From positions 106,084,001 to 106,148,000 of the forward strand of contig NC_058368.1 in NCBI RefSeq assembly GCF_018350175.1: a stretch of DNA of 64,000 nucleotides, written 5' to 3'. The notes under the pieces were generated by a model. The model had not been told where the DNA came from. It saw only the letters and a program-made list of their open reading frames with translations, and made no database searches. How positions within the stretch are numbered: position 1 is the first letter of the stretch; each line of letters starts with the position of its first letter. Origin of the DNA: Felis catus (lineage: Eukaryota). Both the position numbers and the translations under genes were made by a program. Shown here piece by piece: positions 1-12,750 of the stretch.

Positions 1-274
1 TTTTCTCCACAAAGGCCGCCTCTGCCTCCCTCCTGGCTGCTCAGGTTTCTGCCTGCCTTTTGGTTACCGTGTGGCCGGTGATTTCTCAAGGTCCCAAAGG
101 AGGACTCGGGCTAGCTGTTAGGACTGAACAAACAATCCTGGCCGAAACCAGAACAGAATCTCAGCGCCCTGCTTTCACCATCACGGTCTTCAGCTCCGTT
201 TCAGCTTTTCCCTGCCAGATGAGATATAATATCAAACATTGAGACACTGCCAAACTCAGCAGTAACACAGACTC

Positions 275-470
275 ACGATAATTGCTGCCTCTAGGTGCCA
301 GGCCTCGTACCAGGCAGTTTACTCAAACCACACCGTATCTAATACTCAGAACAATGCTGGAACATAAGCAGCACCCTTGCTGTTAGGCGTTCACGGAAAT
401 GGAGGTGTAGACACCCAGAGCCGGTGACAGAATCCCCCACAGTGGCAGGTCCAGTGCGTGTCCTGATGTT
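275..470 (-). mobile_element. Highly diverged MIR SINE fragment
   Basis: Weak resemblance to reverse-complement MIR 3' half (gtgccaggc...aatactcagaacaa). Confidence 0.4.
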
Positions 471-679
471 TCAGCGACATATGACTCTTGGCTTTCTCTC
501 TCTCCCTTGTCCTCGTGAAAACAAAAGCCCAAGTCACTTTTTGATCTAGACCCTGCCTGTCTTTCATTCCGAGTGAACTGACATCTCCGGAGTCCCTGCT
601 ACCTGACAGGCTTTGTGGCAGACATGGAGAAGGAGGTCGACAGTGTGGAGACACCCAGACTGAACGGAAGTCGTCTTTC

Positions 680-900
680 CAGCGCCGTCTGCGAACAGCC
701 TCTACGCGCAACCACACCGTCCGGCCATACCTCACGGCTCCAAATCGCCGCCAGCCCAGTCTCCTCTCACCTCAGTGTCTGTGCTGTTGCCTCTGCTGGA
801 ACGCATTCCCTGTGCTCCTCAGCTTTGCCACCTCCCAGTCTTTCTTCCAGACTCCCTCCCATATCACTTCATGCAGCGGTATGTGTTCATATCCTTGAGC
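680..900 (+). mobile_element. L2 LINE 3' region fragment
   Basis: tgtgctgttgcctctgctggaacgcattccc resembles L2 'tgctgttccctctgcctggaatgctcttccc'. Confidence 0.55.
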
Positions 901-935
901 TCCTGGGGTAGAGTCAGGGCTTTTCCCTTTGTTCC

Positions 936-1114
936 CAGGACTCTGCAAACAGTGCCCCGCAGATCGCACACCGCTTGCCTATCTGTTGTGTATTGTCTAT
1001 GGCTGTTTTCATGCTACTGTGGCAGAGTTCAGTGATTACCAAACAGAGTGGCAAACTTTTTCTGGAAAGGGCCAGATAGTAAATACCTTAGGCTTTGGGA
1101 GCCCAATGGTCTCT
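936..1114 (-). mobile_element. MER58-type hAT-Charlie MITE with internal micro-inversion
   Basis: tattgtctatggctgttttcatgctactgtggcagagttcagt and ggcaaactttttctggaaagggccagatagtaaata both match MER58A but in opposite orientations. Confidence 0.8.
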
Positions 1115-1214
1115 AGCATGAGAATACTGAGGAGGTAAGGGAAGACCATTCTCTATCCACAAACAGTGGCCACTAAATTTGGCCTCAGTGAATCACATTG
1201 CTAGCAGTTATTTT

Positions 1215-1443
1215 ATTTTATTTTTTTTTTAATTTTTTTTTCAACGTTTATTTATTTTTGGGACAGAGAGAGACAGAGCATGAACGGGGGAGGGCCAGAG
1301 AGAGAGGAAGACACAGAATCGGAAACAGGCTCCAGGCTCTGAGCCATCAGCCCAGAGCCCGACGCGGGCTCGAACTCACGGACCGCGAGATCGTGACCTG
1401 GCTGAAGTCGGACGCTTAACCGACTGCGCCACCCAGGCGCCCC
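1215..1443 (-). mobile_element. Young Can-SINE (SINEC_Fc-type)
   Basis: Full tRNA-derived head, CT-rich region, A-tail; TSD ctagcagttatttt at 1201 and 1446. Confidence 0.97.
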
Positions 1444-3149
1444 AACTAGCAGTTATTTTAGAAATCAAAGGTAAGAGTATGAATGTCTGGGAATATAAGA
1501 GGTAGATTGTATTGGGAAGCAAAAAGGTCATGATGAGAGGCCATTTGATATTTTTATTTGTCACCATCTTCCAGTGACTTATCCATGAAATCTGTCTCTC
1601 GCATACACAGTTTTAAAGACTCTTGGAGCCATAAATAATAGACCTCTACAGTTCTTTATCTACCCGTTTATCTATCTAGCTGAGAAGCATTTAATGAGCA
1701 CCTACTACTTCTAGGTTGCACAGGGGAAATGAATACATCAAGAATAAGACCAATGCTTAACCTCAAGAGACCCCTTGAGTTAAAGCTGTAGAAAGGAGAA
1801 CTTTAAAGGTTAGTTTTATACTTATTTAATCCATGCTAAAAATGGCTGCTGCTTTTTAGTCACTGTAGGGAACAATCCCATTTTACCAGTTCTGTAAGTG
1901 ATTTTGTAGATTTTCATCATGTTCTCTCTCGGGTTCTGCTTTTTTGGATTTACCTATCCCAACTATTTTCGTCTTTCTAGAGCAATTGTCCTCTCTCTTC
2001 TATCTTAAATTATGTAGAGTATGTGTCTGCATTTGTGCGTGTGTTCTCAGAGCATTCCCACAATAGCTTCAGTTCCCTTTTCTGGGTTGTGACTGATAAA
2101 GGATATTTCTTGTTTGACCTTTTGTCATAGAGGTTCTGAGGACTCCCTTTAGTCTTAAGTCATCAGTCTGGGTGCTGGCTACTTATAAAATATAGGTAGA
2201 TTTCATAATTGTAGAGATTATGCTAAGAAATGCCTCTTCTCCGTCATGTATGAAAATTAAATGAAATGAGTTTTAGTACTTGCCCTCGAAGACAGTGGTC
2301 ACCCAAAGAAACATCTGTTTATTTCAATCCTTGGCTTTCTGTTCATAAATCAGTATCCTCTTCCTGAAAAGCATCTCTACTGTAGTTTCAGCCCAACACC
2401 CCTATCTATGCTGAACACACCCACCAGGGAGCTTTCTTCAAAAATATTTGACAATTGGTGCTGTGTGGACACCTACCACTTGAGACAGACACCGGCCTTG
2501 GATGGCTGGGATGGCCTCAAGTCTCTGACATGCCCCCAGGAAGAAAAAGGGACATGATTTCTGTGGGAGGGTTTTTGTAGAATCTTTGATTTTCAACTCA
2601 TTGAAAAATCAGAAACATTCAGCTCTATCTCTAGTTTTGTAAAGGAAAAATTGTAACTCACTTCCCTTACCTTAACCTATTTCACTGCCCAAAAAAAAAT
2701 GTATCTTAAAATGTATCTTTTATGTTCTCTATCTCCTTCTCTTTCATTATCTTCTCCTTCATCAAAATGCTCAGATTTGGGAATCTCTTCAGATTGTATA
2801 ACCACATGCAAAACACTATCAAACATTTATTTCCAGATCCTTTCCAACTTACTTTAAAAAACATTTTGAAAGTAATAATCTTTTTATTCATACTAAAAAA
2901 CCCGGCAAATGAACTAGTAGTGAAGATCGCTTTATTGTTCTCCCCACCACCTGCGTACTGTTAGTTATTACAAACTCTAATATCTGATGGCCAATGCCCC
3001 CTACTCCAGGAAGTTTCCCATGATTTCTCTGTCTCTTTATGTCTTATCTTGGCATCTCTCTCACAGATATACTATATAATTGTCGTGTTTGAATATGAAT
3101 ATGCTTTTTTAAAATGTTTTGATATATTTCAGATGTATTTGTTGTACTC

Positions 3150-3270
3150 TTTTATTCAACAGATATTTATTGAGCAGCAAACTATGTGCCAGACCTTAGA
3201 CCATGTTCTAGTTACTCAGGAAATAATGTTGAACAAGACATCAAATTCCTTGTCCTCGTGGAGTTTATAT
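3150..3270 (-). mobile_element. L2 3' end
   Basis: attcaacagatatttattgagc...tatgtgccag. Confidence 0.7.
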
Positions 3271-3499
3271 CTCAGTCTCTTGCTTTATATTAAAGTAGTC
3301 TTGTCTTTACAGGGTAAGGGCTCCTTCTCCCCATATTTAACTTCCTGTGTTTTACATTATGACACATAGTCAATTAATGTCCAATGAATGCTAATGGTAC
3401 TTTGGCTTCCACTGTGGTTTTTTCCCAGCCACAGCCCTTCCTCATTATCCTGATATCCGTACCCCACATTTCTCTCGGGAGATGCTCAGAGAGGCCTCA

Positions 3500-3745
3500 T
3501 GGCATGGCAGTTTGTATCAGTCTCTATAATTAAGGCTGCCTGTGCTGGAATCTGGGGGTGGCAGATTTTGATCCGATACTTCAGTTCTCAGTAACTAAGT
3601 TTCCTCCTCAGGAAAGTAGTGGCAGTAACAAAACCGACCAACCTTCTAGGATCTCTGAGCATCAAGTGAATTTGAACCTGTAAAGTGCTTGTGATGGCAT
3701 CTGACCCTAGGGAAACTTTATAGAACTGTTGGCTATTACCATTAT
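3500..3745 (+). mobile_element. MIR SINE
   Basis: agtttcctc core, tgtaaagtgctt, tgttggctatta end. Confidence 0.6.
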
Positions 3746-3949
3746 TTTTATTAACTAATTTATTTCCTTTGGGAGCTGCCTTTTAGGGATTGTCAATCAG
3801 TGTCCTCTCCCCGACTTTCTAAGGACCGGATGTGAGACTCTTCCCCAGGACTTTAGATATTTTTGCTTTTCCATCCCAATGGCAGTGCCCTAATGAGTCT
3901 GTCTGTTAGTTCCTGCTATTCAGCTGTCCAGAGCTGCCCTGTTTGCTGA

Positions 3950-4088
3950 CCTTTCCAAGCCTCGATCTTCAGCTTCCCATGGATTTCAAGATCTGGTTCA
4001 TACCCTTGCAATAAAATCTCTGTTTTCATAAGTTAGCCAGCGTCTGTATCAGTTGCTTGCAACCAAAGAACCCAGAAGCTGACAGAAT
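3950..4088 (+). mobile_element. MLT1 (MaLR) LTR 3' end
   Basis: aataaaatctctgttttcataagttagcc...ttgcttgcaaccaaaga. Confidence 0.65.
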
Positions 4089-4771
4089 ACAATAGTTCAT
4101 TGTGGTCCTCATCTGTGCAGCGGGCTGCAGTTCTCCTCACAGGCTGAGGGATCATTTTGCCTCATCTTCTTAAATTCAAGGAGAGGATTATATAACCAAA
4201 CAGTTGTAGTTGATATACTCCAGCATGCACCCCGGCTTGCTAATTCCTTTCACTCTTTCTAATGTTTGAACCTTTGACTCTTACTTTACCTTGTTAAAAA
4301 AAAAAAAAGACATCTGTGCAGTCCAGTGCTGAAGAGCTTTTCACTTGTAGCAAGATTTTAAGGAGAGCTATAATGTGCAAACACAGGCACTGTTTGGAGG
4401 CTGTTTCTCCTGCTATCCATGGGGAAGGTAGGAGTGAGGCAGAAGTGAGGCCCCACTGACATCACCTCCGTATGAGCTTCGCTGGGATGTTACATCTGCC
4501 ATAGGCTGAACTGGTAACGTTGCCCGATATAATGGTCAGGCTGGTGTACTCTTCCTGTCTCACTGGCCTCTGAGAGAGATCATCTTCCTGAAGTTAAGGT
4601 GACTCATGTTAATGATCTATATATATAGAACTGCAGAAGACTATTTGTGAAGGAAAATTTCAAGTTCATGATCAAGTTCTTTATATTTGGACCAGAGTCC
4701 CCAAAATGGGTGATCATGGTTTCCCTGAATCTCTCGGGAGAGTGTTAAGGGAAAAAAATGGAGGCTGGCCC

Positions 4772-5011
4772 CCTATTTGTTTCTTACTGCTCCTGTAACA
4801 AATTACCAGACCCTAAGCGCTTAAGACAACACTAAGTTGCTATCTTATAGTTCTGGAGATGATAAATCCTAAAATTAAGGCGTGGCCAGAATGTTTCTTC
4901 TGGGGGTTCTCGGGTAGAATCTGTGTCGTTGCTTTTTGCAGCTATTGGAGGCTGTCTGCTTTGCTTGGTTCATGATCCATCCTCCACCTTTAAAGCCAGC
5001 AAGGTGCATCT

Positions 5012-5062
<51 letters not shown>

Positions 5063-5325
5063 ATCTGTGCTTCTGCCATCATGTCTCCTTCTCTGACTCT
5101 AACTTCGCTGCCTCCCTCTTTGCCTTATAAGCAATTTTCTGATTACATTAGGCCCATACAGATAATCCAGCATATGAGATAGGGACGTCTTGAGATGGGG
5201 ATATCTCAGGATCCTTACGTTAATCATATCTGTGAAGTCTCTTTTGCCACATAAGTTAATGTATGCATGGGTTTGGGCATTAGGACTTGGACATCCTTAT
5301 AGGATCATGACTCTCCCTTCCAAAG
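4772..5325 (-). mobile_element. MLT1 (MaLR) solo LTR with internal (CT)n
   Basis: tgtaacaaattacca...cttaagacaacac...atagttctggag; gattacattaggccca; ttaatcatatctgtgaagtc. Confidence 0.85.
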
Positions 5326-5495
5326 GTTCTTTCCCACTAGAAAGACAGAGAAGTGAGTGTACAGCTTTAAAACACAGAAGGGTTACTAAAGAAAAGGGAG
5401 CCCAAAATGATCCACCAAGCAGTAGCCCAAACTTCCACAATTTCCTAGATGGCTACATTGGAGAGTTCCAGATAATCCAAATGCCCTTCAATAAT

Positions 5496-5535
5496 CTCTC
5501 TCTCTCTCTCTTTCTCTCTCTCTCATACACACACA

Positions 5536-5576
<41 letters not shown>
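5496..5576. repeat. Compound (CT)n(CA)n microsatellite
   Basis: Direct reading. Confidence 0.95.
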
Positions 5577-5578
<2 letters not shown>

Positions 5579-7214
5579 GAGTTGGGAATAGAAGACTATG
5601 CAACCATTCATCAGGTGACTTTTGGTCTTGATTTACTGGCATGTGGACAGTGAAGATGCGGATTACCTATCATCCTGTTCTGTATGCTCTTATGCAAGTA
5701 AGACTGTTGTCATAAATCATGGGAGCGTTTATGCACAGAGAGAGAAAGAGAGAAAGAGAGATGTCTGAAGAATGTTCATCAATAGGTTAAACCTTGCTTC
5801 ATCCTGAGTCGTATGATTTGGGGCTATTTTTACAGTTCTGTTTTGCATCTTTTCCAGTTTTAATGTTTTCATCATATCTTTCTTCCATAAACAATATAAC
5901 TTTTTTAAAAGGCCGAAAAATGACGAAGGGAGAGAATGGAAACATTGTCTGAGACTCTGCAAAGTGTAAAAAAGTTGAACTGCTGTGGATTGGAGCCGTG
6001 GCACTGGGCAGAGGGAGAAGGAAGGCACGGGCACAATGAGGCTGGGGAGCTGTGGGCGGGCACTAGCAAAGCAGAGCCAGCTTTCGATGGTGGCCGAGCT
6101 GGACTAGACAGCTGCAGCCAGAAATCTCCCCAGGAAGAGGTGCACTGAAGCCTGAGTGAAGACAGTTGGGAGTGGATAGAAGTCAAGCCAGACATTAAAT
6201 GGGGGAAGAACAAAAAGGCAGTGCAGTGGAGGACTGGGTGCTAGATATTTTGCTCCTGATAGGATACTGCTCCAGACCCTCAGAAACAAGGGCAGAAAAG
6301 GCGCTTAGTGTTCTCTTTTTGCATTTCTGTCCCTCTGGGAATTGATGGACAAGTCAGTGGTCATTTGGAGGGCAGATGGAGGCGAAAGAGCAGGAAAGTA
6401 GGTGTGTAAAGCCCAGACAAAATAGTATGTGTGAGATTATAAACCAAACTAAACTTCTGTGAAATGTAGGGGACCAATTTTCAGGGATACGCATGGTCTG
6501 GAGCCTCTGGTAATGCCCACAGGCGTGTGCACATCTGCGAGCTGACCGAGGGGCAAGCAAACTGATGGTTTAATGGACTGATTTCTGCATGTCAGCTCCA
6601 TGACTCTTTGTTGTACATATTCCCAGTTATCGATAAAAGTGAAAGATCATAATTTTGTACAAAAATCATGTTTTATCATTTTCAGATAGTATGAAACTGC
6701 AAAGGAAAACCAGAAATTAGATTCTGAATAAAGATAATTCTAGGAAAGGCAATGCTATTTCTCATGCATTCTCATGACCACAAATCACACAGAAAACAGG
6801 ACAAATACCAACTATCCTTGGTGTTCTCACTCAGACTGCCTTCAGTTCTTGATTCTCAGGGCATTAGTCCTACGGAGTGGCATGTTAGACACACAGAGAG
6901 ACAACTTTTGGAGGCTATTTGGTACATGATGACACAGTGGCCACCTCTTTTCTGAAAGATTTGTTCGCTAGACTGTGCTTCACACGTCGTTGTTCATGAA
7001 CATGGATTCAGTAGTTCCTGTGATGGTGTAGTTTAGATTTTGTGCCTCGTTGTGTCCAAAGCATTGACTGTGGCTTGACTACCATAGACCTTCTATGAGT
7101 CATGGCAAACTTTCTTTCATTCCCTTCCACCTCACCCAGCCTCACTGTCACATTTGGCCCGAGTGTATGTGAGGGAGGAATGGTACCTAAGTTCCACTTG
7201 ACATCACAGTTTCT

Positions 7215-7392
7215 TTCTTCCTTATGTTTATCACAGTTGCAATCAATATTTGTGTGTTAGCTTTATTAATATATGGCTCCTACCTTAGATTATAGATTTC
7301 ACAAGACAGGTAAATATATCTGTGACTGATCACCACAGTGTCCTGCTACCTAACACAGTGTTGAAACTCAGTCAATAGTTGTTAATAAACGA
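7215..7392 (+). mobile_element. L2 3' end
   Basis: cctaacacagtg...tcaatagttgttaataaacgaa. Confidence 0.55.
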
Positions 7393-8387
7393 AAGGTATA
7401 TCAAGACAAAAGGGTAATTATGCCTTCACCATTAATGGCATGGGTAAGGTGATTTAACTCACAAGTTGCTTCCTTTTTTATCAGGAAGGGATCGGTGTGT
7501 GGGGAGCTTACAGCTTCACAATAACATAAGAAATCCTTTCATTTTAGAGATAAGGAATTTCAGGTCAGGGCAGTTTAATTACTTATTCGAGGATCTAAGG
7601 CACTCACTGCTGAGCCCATTTCATCAAGAATAGTGATGAAGTCAGTCAGGGATGGACTTGGCAAAAGAATCAGATCGGTTTGGATTTCGGGCCAGAACTC
7701 CATTCATTAGATCCGGATGTTTCTGGCACAACATTAACCAAGAAGCACATCGCAAGACTTCTTTTCTGATTGCATCGACTAAGAAATTAATCTTAACAGT
7801 TTGAACAGATAATGAGAGGATGGACCCCAGTCAGAGAAGTTTATTAGGAAAGAGCTGGCAGTGGAACAAATAACCTCCTCCTTAATCCCTGAAACCAGGC
7901 GACCATCAAACTATATGTGCTTGGTGATTAAGCTATTTGGGCTGCAACATGTAAACCTTCTCGGCCGTATGCTCCTGCTCTCTGGAGTGATTCATGTCTG
8001 TAAAGATGCTGCTGCAGTGAGGAAAATGTGAGCCTCTCTGATGACAGTTGTTGCAACAAGACAAAAGCATTTTTAGAATTATTGCTATTATCTCACGTGA
8101 GAGATGCTGACAGTCTCTCTCCATCTTGCCCCTGTAATCCCATTAGATTTCACAGAGTTTGCAAGGGAAGCCTTGAGGCCATGGCTGAGATGAAGTACGT
8201 TCAGGAATGTTTCTTTTTCTGCAGCTAGAATTGGTGATTCATATTTCAAGGGATTTGTAAAAACACATCCTGTCTACAAATGATGGAAAATTCTTATGTT
8301 GCGGTAGGATAGTAAGGGACTTCAGAAGTTATCAAATTCTTGCTCCTTCCATGTAAATTGCATGCAAAGGAAAGGTTTTATGGAAAT

Positions 8388-8425
8388 AGGTAGGTAGGTA
8401 GGTAGGTAGGTAGATAGATAGGCAG
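8388..8425. repeat. (AGGT)n(AGAT)n tetranucleotide repeat
   Basis: Direct reading. Confidence 0.9.
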
Positions 8426-9134
8426 ACTAAATAAATAAAAAGTATAAAGCCAGAGATTCCCTGAGAAAAACAACTCTGTAACTTTCCTAATCTTCTTTTA
8501 ATTTGCTGTGGGATCCTCTCATACATGCTGTATGAGTAAACATGAGCAATTGTAATTCTATTCTGGTCCTTACGCTGAGGAAGTCCGTGCTGGCACAAGT
8601 GGCTAAAGCCTAAACAAGAATTCGTTGCTATCAGTTTGCACCTACTCCTAATGTCCCATCTGTTAGCAGTGGTTTTTATTGGAGGCGTAATGTCATTTTT
8701 TTCAGATTTTTTTTTCAATTAGAGGTCCACAGAATTTAATAATAAGGAAAGATTCACAAGTTATATAAACAAATACAAGCAAGTCTTGCTTATTTAATGG
8801 CTCAAGTCCTAGTGCTTATATAATCATATCCCTTGCTTCCCTGCCATGGCTCCATGTCTTACCATTTTATTGATTTTAGCATTCTTATGGGCAAAGAAGT
8901 CATTAGTTCTAAAAGGATGAGGGGAGAAAAAAAATGTTCAAAGAAAATACCCAAGAACTTATACTACCACTACATTAACAGAAAGCGGCTAAAGGTAATA
9001 TGGATAGTCATAGCCATTTCTGGCCATCTGGATTGTTATAGAAAACAGAATTGGAGCTGGGCCTGAGAGGCACATCATATACCTACAAAATAAAATAAAA
9101 AGGAGGGAAAAAAAAGGCCTGAAAAATATTTGAG

Positions 9135-9605
9135 GGTGATGGTGATGGGAAGGGTGGATGCTGTCATGGTGAGGGTGCTAGTGACAGTGTTGATACAGGG
9201 GTGGTGGAGGTAGCCGTCATGATGGCAGTGTTGATGGTGATGAGGGGTGATGGTGGTGGTGGTGGGGATGATGGTAGTGGTGACAGTCATGGGGTTGGTG
9301 ATGCTGATGGCAGTGGTGTGGTGGTGATGATGATGAAGGTAGCAATCGTGTTGGTAGTTGGGGTGGTTATAGTGATAATGACAGTGATGATGGTCATGGG
9401 GTCAGTAGTGGTAGTGGTGGTGATAATGATAGTTGTGTGGTGATGGAGGTGATGACGGTATTGATGAGGGTGAAGGGGGTTATGAGGATAGTGGTGGTGG
9501 TGGTGGTGAGGGCGGTCATGAGGGTAGCTCTCTACTATGGGGTAGACAGTTGTGGTGAGGGTGCTATAGATAGTGGTAATGGTAGTAAACATCATGGCAA
9601 TAGTA
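9135..9605. repeat. Degenerate (GGT/GAT)n trinucleotide low-complexity tract
   Basis: 3-nt periodic ggt/gat/agt units, very C-poor on + strand. Confidence 0.9.
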
Positions 9606-11599
9606 CAGATGGAGCTGAGGGGAATATTCCTTTCCCGTGACCCTTCCAATTTTCTGTAGACATTTTTTACCAAATGACAAAGAGAAGAGACCTGACATGG
9701 TGGCAGGTGAAGCAGGTGGAAAGAGACCACTGCTCTCCCTAAGGGAAATTCACTGCTTTTTATGCTGTCCCAGTACTTAATTTCATGCATCATCCCTCTT
9801 TGAGACAAATCTCCTTGTGTTATGAGTCAGACACATCATCTCTCTTCAGTAAATGTTCTGAAATGCTAGTTTGTATTTCCAAGTACCAGTAAATGGTTTC
9901 AACAGATGGGTATACCTTAACCGTGGGTAAGGCAAACCATAACACAAAGGTATTCTTTCCAGTCATGTATAATGTTGATTGTTTTCTAATTACTAGAAAA
10001 AGGGAGATTTCGAAGTGTGATTAGCTTCATTGCCAATGTATTTGTAAAGTTCTTACAAAAAAGACATTACCTAAGTTCTTTGTCAGTTCAGAGAGAACAG
10101 TGTTTAATCCAAAGTGTGCAGACTGATGCCAAGGAAAATGTTCCCAATGGAGACTGGAGTTGCATTGGCTCCGGATAGTTACTGAGCTCAAATATGGAAC
10201 ATGGTGTATTTCATTCTCCGAGGGAACTAAAAACGTGTTCCTTGCATAGTGAAAGTTGGTCTCCTTCTCTCTCATTTTATCAAGAATTTCACATCTCTTT
10301 ATTTCTAATCCCCATTGTCTGATGCAGATTCTCCAAGGAGAAAAAAAGTTCAAAGTTACAGTGTTTTCTAGCAGTTGTCATCTGAATGACTGTCATAAAG
10401 GGATGAAAGTTTATGTGCCATCTAGTCTCTCCTCTGTAGACCCATGGCTATGTGCACGAGGTGTTGCTGATGTATTTCCAACAGCAACATCTGGTTCTCT
10501 GGCAGCCTGCTCTGCTAACTGTGCTGACCCATTGATGCCTCTAGAACTGTTCAGAAAATGCTGTATGGGTTGGCCAGAATATGTGGAGGCCATAGGGCTT
10601 TTTTGTTCATCCTCCTGGGTGCTATTTATCTGTCAGTCACATTTCATGCTGAGGAATTTACTGTACTTGTCAGTGTCTATTTGAAATGAATAAGGAAACT
10701 CCTCATTAAAGACTGGGATTTATATAGCCCAAATGGGAGTATTCCCAGTGCTGTATTTAGGATAGTTGGAGGAGCTGTGCCATTGGTTGAATTGTCCTTA
10801 AAATGTTGATTTTTCCCCAAGATGGTCTCTGAGTGTTACATATCCAATAGAAGCCAAGATGAAGGCTTCCCCCCACCCCAGGGGCCTTATGGGATGGGGG
10901 GAATGTGTACAGTGACCACTATTAGAAATTAAAGTTTTAGGAATTTATATCAGAGTTCTCAGGGAAAAAGCTTCCTGGTAGAAGAACAAAGCAGGACTGA
11001 AATCCAGTGGAAAGGAGCCAGATAACATGAGCACAGAAGGAAGAAAGCGAGAACGTAGGGTCGTGAGCCCAGATATGGGAACCAAAGGAAAGATTAGTGT
11101 AGTCTGATAGGTCAGGAGAAAATGCAGTGCTGATGGTAACATAAAGTGGTGTGCTTTGAGAAGAGAAGCAGAGAAAATGAAATTCTGGCTTAAACTAAAC
11201 TGTTCCAACATTAGAAAGAGATGTCTGGAAAACTGAAAAGGTATTTTAATCAAAAAAAGATATAAGGGAAATGAGGATAGATAGATTTATCAAGCTAAGG
11301 AAGAGGCAACGAAATGAAGATTAATAAACTCATTTAAACTGGATATGAAACCATGGTAAATCACATTTTCTTCAGAAGGTAAATTCACATCTTGGTTTTG
11401 AGAGGATAATCTTTACAAATAACATAAGTGTACATCTACTCACTTGGGCAAGTGATTTTATCCCTGGTTCAGTTGTAAATGAGAGTATCCACATGGATAG
11501 AAAATGCTTTCTTGGAATCATGTGGAAAGGGAACAAATAGTCCTGAAGCTACAATATGGTTTACTTCTTGTACAGATTTGTGACATTAACGTTCATTAT

Positions 11600-11825
11600 T
11601 ACAATAGTAGCCACTGCCTATATAGGGCTTGCTATATGCCAGGTACTTCTCTAAGACATTTTGGTGCATTAACTCATTTGATCCTCATGAACAAATGTAT
11701 GAGATAGGAGCCATTTTATTACCCCTACTTATGGATGGGGAAACTGAGGCATAGAGAGGTTGAGTAACCTGTCTGAGACACAAATGATGAAGTTGAGATT
11801 TAAACCCGGTAGTGCAGCTCTAGGA
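11600..11825 (-). mobile_element. MIR SINE
   Basis: tatgccagg...attaactcatttgatcctca...gaaactgaggcatagagaggttgagtaacctg. Confidence 0.85.
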
Positions 11826-12649
11826 TCTGTTTCCCAACATTCTGGGAGTTGATGTTGAAGACCAAGTTTTCACAGAGAGGTATCCGACCCAGGTAAGCAG
11901 AAAATGAAACTAATACAGTCATTTCCATGGAAAGCAAATAAGGTGAGGAATCTTTTCAGGTTGTAGGCATCAGGTTACAGCTACTGCTGTCTTACCACGT
12001 ATGAGCCACAGATTTTGATGTGGTAGACAAAGGAAACATTGCTTTGTTAAAGCTTGAATAATGTATAGAAATGAATGGTGCTGCCATCAATCACCTCAGC
12101 ACAGGCCATCAATGTTTCACTTGTTCGTTGATTCAGTGATTGGGAAAACGCTCAAACAAGTGAGTAAATCGGCATTGCTCATTATTCATTTCTAGAATGG
12201 TGCAAGTGTCTATGCTAAGGGGAGGTGGTGGTTTACTGCCATAATTTGTAAAGTCCTTTAAAACTTGAGATAGCAGGCCTGGTAAAAGTGCAAAGTATTA
12301 TTCTCATTTACAGTCCGGCCTGATTTAACAAAAGGCCTGAGCATCATAAACCTGCAGACAGAAGGAGTCCAGGGGGAAAATAGAGGCTTGCTCATAAGCC
12401 AGCTGTGCAGAGGGCTGGACTCCAGCTTCCCATCACGGGTGTGCAGCCCAAAGAATGTTGGCTGCCTCCGGGGCCAGCTGGCTCACACAGGGACTGTGCT
12501 CCTGGAAATCCTGAAATGTCTGCGCAGGACTCCAGCCAATAGAGTTTTGGTTAACAGAGGAGCAATCTCATCAGCCAGATTTGAGTCAAGCTGTTTTTCA
12601 AAGGCCTGCTAACTTTAACACGTGACCAACAGGGCTGTCACCTGTGGCT

Positions 12650-12750
12650 CGTGATACCTGCCTTTTAAGGTTATTGTGAGGCTTCAGTTAAATAATTGGT
12701 ACGAAGCACTTAGCACAAAGTTTGGCCCAAGCTAAGAAGTCAATAACTGG
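12650..12750 (+). mobile_element. MIR 3' fragment
   Basis: ggttattgtgagg...aagcacttagcaca. Confidence 0.55.

Noticed and set aside
288..301. CTCF-like motifs (cctctaggtgccag; also ccaccagggagct at 2421 and tcgagggggcagta near 52374)
   Set aside because: Each has a mismatch at a core position; cannot be supported without ChIP data
615..911. 98-aa Ser/Pro-rich ORF in CpG-richer DNA
   Set aside because: Overlaps an L2 remnant; no recognisable homology or exon boundaries
9075..9808. His/Thr-rich and Val/Met-rich ORFs up to 173 aa
   Set aside because: By-products of the GGT/GAT triplet repeat
10256..10684. 142-aa ORF in unique sequence
   Set aside because: Non-ATG start, no recognisable domain, no convincing splice signals
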